A stretch of 64,000 bases of DNA from Acanthaster planci (taxonomy: Eukaryota): NCBI RefSeq assembly GCF_001949145.1, contig NW_019091362.1, positions 2,902,204-2,966,203 of the forward strand. The letters run 5' to 3'. Made by a program: the position numbers and the translations under genes. The notes beneath the pieces are model-generated. The model saw nothing but the letters and a program-made list of their open reading frames with translations. It made no database searches and had not been told where the DNA came from. Of this stretch, positions 54,648-64,000 are shown piece after piece. Every line of letters begins with the position of its first letter. The first letter of the stretch is position 1.

Positions 54648-55289
54648 CTGTAAAATCAAGAGGGTTAACTGAGTGCGTAGTGTGATCGTGCAGTCGTACA
54701 GTAAGCCCTACCATAGTCCGAGTAACTTGGACAAATCGTCTTTTTAAACATTTGGACATGGTCAGGCACACCCTACCATGTTCACATGTTAAAAGAGGCG
54801 ATTCGTAGAGTCCAAGTTAACAAGTTACTGATCATATCAAGCATTCATGCAGAGTTTGATCTTTCACCATTCAGCGTCATCTATTGCCAACTGGGTAAAT
54901 AACGATGTCTCTGCAACTTAAAGAAAAGGTCTTTTTGAAAGGGTAAGAAGAGTTCCATAGGCTGACATTCTTTGCAGTGCTTCTTAAGCCATCACTCTCG
55001 AAAGATGATAACAGGTCCTAAAAAGTCGAATTTAGCAGGAAAAGTATTAAAGAATCTTCTCAGAAAACACGCAGAAGCTTTCAGAGCAGTTTCATGGGGT
55101 TTGTTCAAAGGGTGTCAAGTGATGCATGGGTATGGTACCCTTTCCTACAAAAACTTTTTAAGGCGCACAGGACGGTGCAAATGTCGCTAAGTAATCAATT
55201 CAGTTAGGCCTAATTCTAACCTAAAAAAACTGGTGTGAACTCTCTGAATTGTTGACTTTCTGGAATTTGGAAAACCACCCAAAAAGGAC

Positions 55290-55790
55290 AGACACGACAA
55301 TTGTCGTGCATGATGTTAACGTTAGGTTAGTGTCTGATACGAATCTTGTCCATATCGGCTGGCCCGGGCCGCAGGGGGGCCTAGCCTAGGCCTACTTATT
55401 TTTCCACTTCAAGTTCAATTCGTCGCTTCGTCTTGGATACTGTCAACCAAAGAATTTGTTCGGCATGGAAACGTATCCATGCAATCCCACCAAAACAGGG
55501 TGCAAAAACGTTAAAACACTTACCTTTCTCGGGCCCTTCGCCAAGCAATACCGCGATCGGTCGATGCTCCCGTCAAGCCAGTCAAGGGCCGCACGTTCAC
55601 TGCACTACGTGTGTTTGCTTCGCCGATTCTATCTCGATAAGGCCCCCCATTCAACGACATGCAACGACGACAGCTGCGACAAGCGCCATGTTTGTCTGAG
55701 AGCTTTGCTAAAGCGCATCCATTAGGATGTGTTCATGCATATTTATTTTTCCATTTGTACCACACGAGGGCGTTATCAATTTCTTGCGAG
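55290..55790 (-). promoter_or_regulatory. CpG-rich promoter-like region of an unidentified minus-strand gene
   Basis: CpG density is visibly much higher than in the surrounding CpG-poor DNA. Contains a YY1-like AAACATGGCG (55684-55693, minus), a CTCF-like CCACACGAGGGCG near 55760 and a consensus splice donor at 55523. Confidence 0.6.
55524..55700 (-). other. Probable first (5'UTR) exon of a large minus-strand gene
   Basis: Ends in a perfect AAG|GTAAGT donor (GT at 55523-55522) inside the CpG-rich block. Contains two short ORFs (55651-55689, 55597-55650). The 5' end is approximate. Confidence 0.55.
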
Positions 55791-57820
55791 TTTCTATAAT
55801 ATTGCAATGCAAGTGGGACTCAAACAATGCCTCAGTTCCCGCTAGTTTCACAAAATAAATTACATTCAATCCAGACATCTATACACATTCGAGGAAAAGT
55901 TGGTCTTGATTCCACTTTCCTGATACAACCTGTTAGGAAAACGATTCACTGATCAAAAATGAGCGTATGCTCATTAAAAAAAAGTCATTCTCTAATTCAA
56001 AGTATGGCATAATGAAAAACGTGTGCAAAAGTGAACTATCAAAATATATTTTAATGAAACGGATTTCTGGATGTCAATAATCATATAATTTTCCCTTGGA
56101 AAATTGAAAACATCTCATAGCATAAAGACACTCAAGACTATCCAAGTAGAATATGACCAACACAAAGAAATCTGTAACATATAAAAATCCAACATTTTCA
56201 TGACAAAGGTTGCTCAAGAGGAAAAGGTTGTATGACATACTCGAACTGTGTCATAAAACTACAGGAATTACATCTCAACTTCCAGTAAAAATCCCTTTAA
56301 AGATTCAGAGCGATTGCGTACAGGCACACAGATGCTTCCCATTCAAGGTCAACAGATTCCTCAAATTCACAGCAAACTCAGTATAGAAAGCTAAAATCAA
56401 ATTGGGGCTTTACTTGCATGTGCTGGGCATTAGGCACAAGCATGCAGAAATTTCAGGGAGAGAGACTTTGAATTGATGACACACAAAAAATATAAGGGAT
56501 GACTCAAAGGGCAATTCTATTGTAGTTGAAAGATTTACTCTCATCATATATGCCCGACCTTGAAGGCACTGCATCACATATATTAGAGATGACAGGCTCT
56601 CCGAAAGGATTTCAGTATAAATATTAAAACCAACCCCCCCCCAAAAAAAAACCCACAGGGGATTAAGCTGCTTCCAGAATAGGGGATAACCCCCCACACT
56701 GTATAAAGGTCATTTTTGATTCATTTAATCTTTGATACTTAAAGAGTCTTGTTGAAAAAGAAACAATGAACATTGACACATGCTAGACTGTGACTGCACA
56801 GAATGACCAGACGAAATTTATGTTTTCCCATCCAATTCCATCCCCAAAACATGTAAAAATATAATCAGACTTTACCGCCCGATAATACCAAACGACTAGT
56901 GTAACAAAATGCAGTTCTAGTTGTACACGTAATCATTTTTCCTATGTCCCCCCCCCCAAATCTTAACGGTGAAATAAATGTGGGTATCTGCTTTTTGTGG
57001 TCTTACAATTTTGGGGAGGAGAGTATGCAAATGAGTTACGAAGCATTTAACAGATTAAATTAAGGTTACGTCTAAATGAAGCTACAAAGAGGCAAGACAG
57101 AAAGAAGAGATTAAAGACCAAAATCAAGTCAACTCTTGGACAGAATTTGCAATCTTTATTTATTTCTGTTTTTTTTTTCCGGGATATTTCTGTGGCTCTG
57201 AAGGCCTGCCAATATTAATTATAGAGCACGGTTACTAGCCATGGTCGATGTGTGGTTTAGATGGGAACCACAGCTGGTGGAAGTATTACTCAATGGCAAC
57301 AAAGCAAGAGGCTATGCCAGTGAATAACAAATGTAAGCAATGAAGGGCCTCATGAGGCTCTTACTGGTTCCAGAGTGAACACTTTACTTTTCGATGGGGT
57401 GGGATTTGTCTTAAAACCAAGTCTTTAGTGGTACTTGGGCTGATGATCTCCATTGGAGTTTTTAGCAAGCATGTGGAAATGACAGCGCAAGGCTATCTCT
57501 GAATCATCTGCTTGCACATGTGAACTAGGGAGATGTTGTGCTTTACATGGAAATGTGGTGGGGAAAACTCTGCGTGCATGCACTTCACGCGCGCTTCCCA
57601 CAGGCTGTGATGAGCAGGTGCACCCAATTTCAGTCGGAATGTACCAAAATCCTGTGTGCGCCTGGTACTCCCCTTGTCTCTCCCTTTTTTCCACTGAGGG
57701 AATACGTCTACACGCAGCGGATACAACATCAAAGCCCAGGTGATGGTGACTAATCAGTAGTCTTGCATCCCTAAAAACATAGCGTGTCACTTGCACAATT
57801 ATGTATATAAAACACATTAC

Positions 57821-58048
57821 ATGTAAATTTATATGACGGGTTTTGCCCTTACCCAACGTATATATTAATAAACACTCTATGCTCAGTGCTTGTCCGAGAG
57901 CTTGCAAAAAAAGTCACAAGCTTACTCGGGTGGGACTCGAACCCACGACCACCTGCTTACTTCGCAAGCTCTCGGACAAGCACTGAGCATACAGTGTTTA
58001 TTAATATATACGTTGGGTAAGGGCAAAACCTGTCATATAAATTTACAT
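57821..58048. mobile_element. Inverted-repeat element with 85-bp arms and a tRNA-like central fragment
   Basis: 57821-57905 is the reverse complement of 57964-58048 with 2 mismatches. The 58-bp spacer contains, on the minus strand, GGTCGTGGGTTCGAGTCCCACCCGAGT (T-arm/B-box-like). Confidence 0.9.
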
Positions 58049-59473
58049 CTCCCCAACGCAAAAAATACATCTTGAAAACATTACATGTAGTTCCAGAATC
58101 ATCATATACTCCATTTGTTTACACTAGACTTCATGGTCAAAAATGATGTCACATTTCGGTACTCTATTCAGCAAAAGCAGCGGCGATAGAGGGCAATTTA
58201 ACCCTAACCCTCCAGGGTACTTTGGCTAGAAACCTTGCCAGACACATCAGTCTGCATCATTTGTCAAAGTGGCTTTCCCTTCCCAGTATAACAAGACAGT
58301 ATAACAGGTCATCTCTCCCAAGGTCAAACAACCTGGGAGTCTGTGGTTGCAAGACACCACAAGATCCAACAGTGACATGGTACAATGGGGCTGGCTCCCA
58401 TTGTCTCAACATGGCTTGTTAGTTTGGCTGCTGTTGATTGCCAAGTGCATCAAACTTTTCACCTGATGCACTGTGCTGCGTCTAGCAGGGTTAGGATCAA
58501 AGAAGAAGATAAAGTGTAAAGTGTAAAGATAGTGTTTTTGTGACCCTTAAACCACAATCATGATCATACCATTAGGACGATAACCAGATGTTTTTCAGAC
58601 AGCGCCACCAAAAAACCCCCCAAAAACAAAAAACCAACAGAGATGACATACCAGGTGGCAGACGATATTGTTGACCATACTGTCATTTCAAATATTCAAT
58701 ATTTGGCAAGATTCCAACTGCTGCTCTTTTTCTATATTTTAGAAGAAACCATCCATTTTGTTTCACTGTAAGCAACAAGAAATTGAGGGATACATAATGT
58801 GCACTCACTTTGGAGAAAAAACAATGCGTTCTTATTTCTGCCTTTTTGAACCAGCAGTGAATCGCCTCCAACCACCGCTTCTCATTTGGCCAGAATAATG
58901 ACATCACACGGGCACAACTGAAGATGCAAAAACGCTCAACTAACAAGCGTAACAGGAACAAGTTTCTGGTAATAGTGGTGAAAACAAACCCTGCAAATTC
59001 TCGGAGCAACAAACTCTACTTATTGATGTACAATCTGCTGACATGTTTAACAAAAGTAACTCACAATATCAGAAGTTTTCATTTGCTGAATATTACAACC
59101 ATTCAGTCATCACAATGCCAATCCGACCTGTTTGAAATCTGATTATTTCTAGCTATCCTACACCGTGTACATTAATATACAAAATACCGATATTTCACCC
59201 TTTGAGGGTGAATTGTACAGATTTTGCTGTTAGATATAGTGTACGATTAATTGGCTGATGTGCCTCGCTGCGGAAGTTACCTGGTACCCTGACTTTCACA
59301 ACTGCGATGAAGGGTTTGTGAATAAATAGTCTTAGAGCAAGTCGGTGACATCAAACAATTGCTAACTGCTATGATTTGGGATGTGTTCTTTTTAACACGA
59401 GAGGGCAAAGAATGACATTCTCAAGTGGTTACAAAAAAAGACAAAAGTCCAACGTCACAGCAGTCAACAATTA

Positions 59474-59479
59474 TTTATT
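59474..59479 (-). terminator. Candidate polyadenylation signal (AATAAA) for STRAP
   Basis: First minus-strand AATAAA I found after the stop codon (~550 nt downstream), followed by a TG/T-rich stretch. More distal candidates at 57997-58002 and 57155-57164. Confidence 0.45.
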
Positions 59480-60029
59480 TTCAAAAAATATTCAAGGAAG
59501 TCGCAAGGTCAAAGTGCAGACTCACTCCGCAAACAACTCGGTGAAAATCAACGCAGCGTGACCTTTGAGTACTGTAAACTTCGCTTGTGGACATGATGAG
59601 AGGATTCACCTCACACGTTGGACACAAACACTGAACATGCTTGTGTGTAGCCTTCACAGCATTGAGTGGGTAAATTCGTTCATGAGGAAAATCGAGACTG
59701 GGTTGTAGCGACAAAAAATGTGTCCCAAGTCCGTTTTTGGTGGACACAACATCTATATTTCAACACGTGTGTAGTGCCCACAACTACAGAAAAAGTATGA
59801 GTGTTGTCAAGAAGGATGGGTTGATAAAAACACTGCGCAAGAGCACTCACCATCTCTTTATAGCACATTTGACGTACCTACTTATATTTACATGTACCAA
59901 CGTATACTTGCACTGTATTTTCTTCCCCTGTCTCTGAGAGGTTATGTATACACAGTCTTTACGGTGGCCAAAATACCTGCGACATCAATATCAAATTTAA
60001 ATCCGACGGCTGTTCATATTCTCTGCCTA

Positions 60030-60250
60030 TCACGATTCAGCTTCAGTAACCAGAGGGGCCACAACATCCGCCCCGGCGCACGCATCCAGCGCGGCCTCGT
60101 CGGGTTCGATGCACTTCCAGAGTCCGTAGGTCTTGCCCAGTGTCATCTGCCAGAGACGCAGAGTGCCGTCCTCTGAGCCACTGGCGTAGAGCTCACCGTC
60201 CGGGGAGAAACGGACACAGTGGACAGGACCGAAGTGGCCCTTGTAGGACT
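60030..60250 (-). CDS. STRAP: STRAP last coding exon, with stop codon
   Basis: aacag| acceptor (AG at 60252-60251). Encodes [73 protein letters not shown] then TGA (60032-60030). [31 protein letters not shown]...GKTYGLWKC is the conserved STRAP C-terminal WD repeat. Confidence 0.96.
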
Positions 60251-61027
60251 CTGTTCATAAAAATTTTGAGAAACTTTAAGCAGGAAGGAGGATCGTGTGA
60301 GTTATGAAGAAATTGGTGTGAAATGATTGCATTGGCGTGAATTGTTTTGAGCATGGTCTTCAAGTGTTAGTACACAATATTTCAAGCTCTTCCCCAATGG
60401 GTTGCCATGTCCTTACATATTGTTCATAGCACTGTCGTGAGAATGTAAAACTCTGTTCATGAAAGGTCCGTGCAATCTTGAATTAAAACACTTTGGATTA
60501 AAGCTCATTTTACATTCTAACATTAAGAGACAGCATCGCTGAACAGTCCTAAATGCAATCACGTTGCAACTGACACAACCACAGCCAGTCAGCAAAGTTG
60601 GATCTTGTTCAACGTTGCTGCCAGTCAGAATCAGGTTTTCACATCAGGTCATATAAACTCACACGCTGGCATGACAGGCCTACAACAATGTCCTTCTTGC
60701 TTGAGTACCATGTACTTGGCTCATTTTATCCTTTTGACTAAAAAAGGATTCCCCTTTTATCAACAAATAGCTTACCATGAATCAAATTCATCGAACTGAA
60801 GAACCGGTTTAGCGCCAAGATACAGTGTGACCAAACTACAAAGGCACTTTATACGAAAATTTTGTTATCAATTTTGTGTTCAATGGCGTCATGCACAAGT
60901 CTCTTCCACAACTGTCTACGCCTTGATATCTAGGGTGCAGCCGACAATCATTACAATCTGGAACTAGGCGGGAACAATAAAAGATACAATATGGTTGTGG
61001 AGTGCAGAAGTGCAAAACATGTCTCAC

Positions 61028-61164
61028 CCAATTCCTTTCCATCTGAATAATCAAATTTGTAGATCTTTAGATCTTCCCCTCCGGCCACGAAGCAGGTTTT
61101 GTCTGGGTGGAGAGAGGCCGAGTTGATGGTGCAGGGTGCGTCAAGAGTCTTGATCAACTCAAAT
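61028..61164 (-). CDS. STRAP: STRAP internal coding exon
   Basis: gacag| acceptor and G|gtgaga donor; 137 nt, phase 2 to 1. Encodes FELIKTLDAPCTINSASLHPDKTCFVAGGEDLKIYKFDYSDGKEL, which contains the STRAP-typical INSASLHP...VAGGED motif. Confidence 0.95.
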
Positions 61165-61376
61165 CTGTCAAAACAGGAATGTAAAATCAAGGTCTGTATC
61201 ATTTCAAACTTGTAAAATCAGGAATGTAAAATAAAACTCTTGAGCAACATAAATCTGCTAAAAAGGAATATAAAAATGATGGTCTTGATCAAATCAACTC
61301 TACTCCATAAAAACGGGACTGTAAACCAAAGGTCTTGATCAATTCAAATCTGTCACAACAGGGATTTGAAACACAA
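61147..61376. repeat. Degenerate ~45-bp tandem repeat (5 units) spanning a STRAP splice acceptor
   Basis: Units start at 61147, 61192, 61237, 61282 and 61332; consensus approximately GTCTTGATCAAYTCAAATCTGTCAAAACAGGAATGTAAAATCAAG. Confidence 0.85.
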
Positions 61377-61407
61377 CTCAAATACACAACCAGTGGAATA
61401 ATTCTAC

Positions 61408-61545
61408 CTGTCTGTATCGTAGAAGCTGATTTTTTGGCCATGGGAGACAGTGCAGACATCTCCACTCTTGGTCAAGTCCAAGCTGATGGTGCCTGTGTCC
61501 AGGGTAACCTTCTTGATCTCTTCACCGCTGGCCATGTCCCAGACA
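61408..61545 (-). CDS. STRAP: STRAP internal coding exon
   Basis: tacag| acceptor and AG|gtagaa donor; 138 nt, phase 2 to 2. Continues the frame of the previous exon: (S)VWDMASGEEIKKVTLDTGTISLDLTKSGDVCTVSHGQKISFYDTD(R). Not present in the ORF track; read by hand. Confidence 0.92.
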
Positions 61546-63008
61546 CTGTATATTGGACAAAATTGTCAAAGAGCTTGTTCAGTTCTTTTTCTCACTGCAC
61601 TTTGGATGCGTCACTCAGGACTGCCGAGGGCTACCCTTTTCAATCCTGCTTTAATAATGCAACCAAATTCAATGTTGGTCATACATGTATGATGTTGAAT
61701 ATTGCTGGAGTCAGGAGTCAATACAAGATATAAGAGGAGCCTTTTTTTTAAGTTGGTGCTGAGATTTTTTGTTCTGGAGATAAATGCATGTAGCTATCGT
61801 TTAGCCTGCTACACCCTTGTGCATGCCAAACAATGCATGTGGCCATTGTTTGGCACGCACAAGGGTTTATCCACAACAAACACAGGGCAAGGCCTCCATT
61901 CGTTTTCTGTTTTCTCCAATGACACAATCTACATTCAGAATTTGCATCTTGGCATGAACAGAAAAAAGCCCTTTTTTAGCTTGTTATAGTTGAGCTCTGA
62001 AGACAAATGACACTGCGTTTGATTTGAATGCTTCCATATTTTATTTGAACAGACAAAATCAGAGAAAACATGTTTTCCTTAGAGGTGCTCTTTAAAGGTT
62101 TGGAATTTCTTTAATGGAAAGGCAAGGCTATGGCGATGTGCAACAGTATCACTGCACAATCCACCCATGAGCCGAGATACTAGTTTCGTTTTGAAGGTAC
62201 CTGTTGGTCTTTTCTGATTTCATTAGCCTATTTACAATATAATATCCGGATCTCCTGCAGCTTTTATGAACAAAATAAGTTGGTCACATTTTCCTTCAGG
62301 GAAAAAACCAATCTTGACTGGATATGTAAATAATACAACATGTTGTTGCAAGAAAGTGTTGGATGGTGTTTTTGTGATAATTATTGCAGACAAGATAATT
62401 ACTGCTGGCGTTGTACTTTGAAGGCCAATCTATCTTTTATCCATCATTTACATTTTTAGACAAAATGAACCAAGCAAATGGGCTACGGAATATAATAATA
62501 TACTGAAAGCATCCTGCTTATTTGTAAATATTTAACAGTCAACTTCAAAACCTTTCGCTGACCTTGTCAAGATCATTTCAGGATCACTTTTCAAATTAAG
62601 AGCACCGATTTTTTAATCATACTTTCAAATTAAACAATTAAAACTGTTTTCTAAGTTGATGTCTTTCATCGAGCCCGTTGGACTTAACTGAAGTATGGCA
62701 TTCTTTATAAAAGCAGTAATTTAAAGGCCCCGCAAAGGTCTTGACAAATTATTTATGAAATATTGTCTGGAAATTGAGGACTGTTCAGCATTATGAGAAT
62801 TTCTGGACTCTGCGATCGGTTACGATGAGGAATGAACCGATTCAGTATTCCAACAGAACATGCTCAAAACGAAGTAAGTCCGAGGTCATTCAGATGCATA
62901 TAAGAGGTCTGTCCTATCAGTGCTGCCCAACGAGGACTTACATGTATGCTTTGCTCTCGAATGACTTGGCTTTTCTGGAACACCAGATTGGCTCATTTGA
63001 AGGCCTAC

Positions 63009-63181
63009 CTGACTGTCTTATCGTCTGACGCGCTAATCAGCTTCTTGTCATCGCTGCACCACAGCGCACAGCGGATGTTAGCTGTGTGGGCGGGAATCTC
63101 CACTGGCTCCGCCTCCACCTTGGCAAGGTCAAAGATCCTGAGTTTCTTCTCGTTGCTTCCCGTGAGTAGCCTGCCGGTGTC
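63009..63181 (-). CDS. STRAP: STRAP/UNRIP (serine-threonine kinase receptor-associated WD40 protein), internal coding exon; upstream exons lie beyond the window
   Basis: Minus-strand translation DTGRLLTGSNEKKLRIFDLAKVEAEPVEIPAHTANIRCALWCSDDKKLISASDDKTV resembles the STRAP WD40 region (LLTG..DK.LRIYDL...GHT..I..ALW.S.DK.I.SADDKTV). Bounded by acceptor tgcag| (AG at 63183-63182) and donor AG|gtaggc (GT at 63008-63007). 173 nt, phase 0 to phase 2. Confidence 0.93.
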
Positions 63182-63349
63182 CTGCAATGATTAAGGAAGT
63201 AAGATGTTTTTTAGGAATGTTAGTAGGCCCGACAATCAGAACTAATACTAATGTATGTTCTTTGATTGGGTTTCTGGATGGAAGTGCTCTATAGTACCTG
63301 TGTTGTTATTAACAGGTTCAATATATTTCTGGAAGTGCATGAAGAATAC

Positions 63350-63451
63350 GGGTGATTCACAATAGTGCGCCACCAAGAGTTTGCAACACGGCCCATCAAA
63401 ACGCCCGAAATTTGTCAACCCTTTCCAAACGCGCATTGGGTCGACAAATTT
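63350..63451. mobile_element. Second copy of the fold-back MITE family, in a STRAP intron and truncated by the assembly gap
   Basis: GGGTGATTCACAATAGTGCGCCACCAAGAGTTTGCAA...GGGTCGACAAATTT aligns with 31303-~31410. The sequence stops just past the hairpin centre. Confidence 0.8.
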
Positions 63452-63574
63452 NNNNNNNNNNNNNNNNNNNNNNNNNNNNNNNNNNNNNNNNNNNNNNNNN
63501 NNNNNNNNNNNNNNNNNNNNNNNNNNNNNNNNNNNNNNNNNNNNNNNNNNNNNNNNNNNNNNNNNNNNNNNNNN
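63452..63574. other. Assembly gap (123 N)
   Basis: Run of N characters. Confidence 1.
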
Positions 63575-64000
63575 TCCTTTGACCAGGGCCACATTCCAGT
63601 TTTGTAAAGTAGTGCCACACACCTTCAATGGTGAAGGAGAGAGGGATGTGGGGACCACACAGGAACCTGTATTGTGCTACTGAATGCAGCCCAGGTTTCA
63701 GGTAGTGTGAAGTGGTTACACATTGGCTGTACAAACAATCTCCACTGGGAAAAGCACTACAAGCCCAGGATGTTAGTGCATCTAGGATGGAGGGCACATC
63801 AGTGGTCGAGTTCCGGCGGACTGTTTTTAATACGGACGTCTTATTCTCGTGCTCGAACATGACCTAAGAACACTGTTCTCAGAACAGGATCACACACCAC
63901 CTCCTTGTCAGGGTTTTACAGGAAGACACAGAAATACTTATGGGATTTTGTTTTTTTGAAGAGCTGCCAAAAACAGGATGATGGCTTACAAAGCCAAAGA

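Noticed and set aside
55524..55689. Selenoprotein-like reading frame (four in-frame TGA codons, no TAA/TAG, from the ATG at 55689 to the donor)
   Set aside because: No similarity to selenoprotein families I know and no SECIS evidence. TGA is the expected chance stop in GC-rich 5'UTR sequence.
57924..57950. Functional tRNA gene
   Set aside because: Only a T-arm/B-box-like fragment is present; no A-box, D-arm or complete cloverleaf is visible.
292..59937. The many 60-160 aa ORFs in the six-frame track (e.g. 7015-7479, 32675-33142, 46630-47112, 52776-53255, 57425-57907)
   Set aside because: No recognisable domains; they are rich in C/T/H/V/Y/M from TACATG repeats, overlap on both strands and lack splice support, all consistent with chance ORFs.
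59892..61733. Plus-strand ORFs 59892-60176 and 61335-61733 as an antisense gene
   Set aside because: They are shadows of the GC-rich STRAP exons on the opposite strand.
62780..62895. Intronic snoRNA in STRAP (short ATCGGTT...AACCGAT hairpin)
   Set aside because: No convincing C/D or H/ACA box arrangement by eye. It would need an Infernal/Rfam search to revive.
63248..63860. ORFs spanning the N run
   Set aside because: Artefacts of translating through the assembly gap.
1..64000. Autonomous transposon, retroelement, viral insert or prokaryotic defence system
   Set aside because: I found no transposase, reverse transcriptase, integrase, capsid or operon-like coding sequence; only short non-autonomous elements are visible.

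Overview
This is eukaryotic (metazoan) genomic DNA, AT-rich and mostly non-coding, not prokaryotic. Almost all ORFs in the six-frame track look like chance ORFs. The only confidently identifiable protein gene is the 3' half of STRAP/UNRIP (a WD40 protein) on the minus strand, as four GT-AG exons (63009-63181, 61408-61545, 61028-61164, 60030-60250) that splice into one open frame; its 5' exons lie beyond the window. About 4.3 kb past the STRAP stop is a CpG-rich promoter-like block with a probable minus-strand first exon (~55524-55700, perfect AAG|GTAAGT donor). This suggests the remaining ~55 kb is 5' intron(s) of a large unidentified gene, with weak candidate exons at 54454-54647 and 44-163. 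The region holds several MITE-like inverted-repeat elements, a 42-bp minisatellite, diverged tandem duplications, CTCF- and RFX-like motifs and pervasive TACATGTA-type palindromes. This profile is reminiscent of marine invertebrates such as echinoderms (inference only). I cannot support a new biological system. The best leads are a STRAP intron built from tandem copies of its own splice acceptor, an 85-bp-arm hairpin element with a tRNA-like core, and a diverged tandem duplication with codon-like substitution bias.
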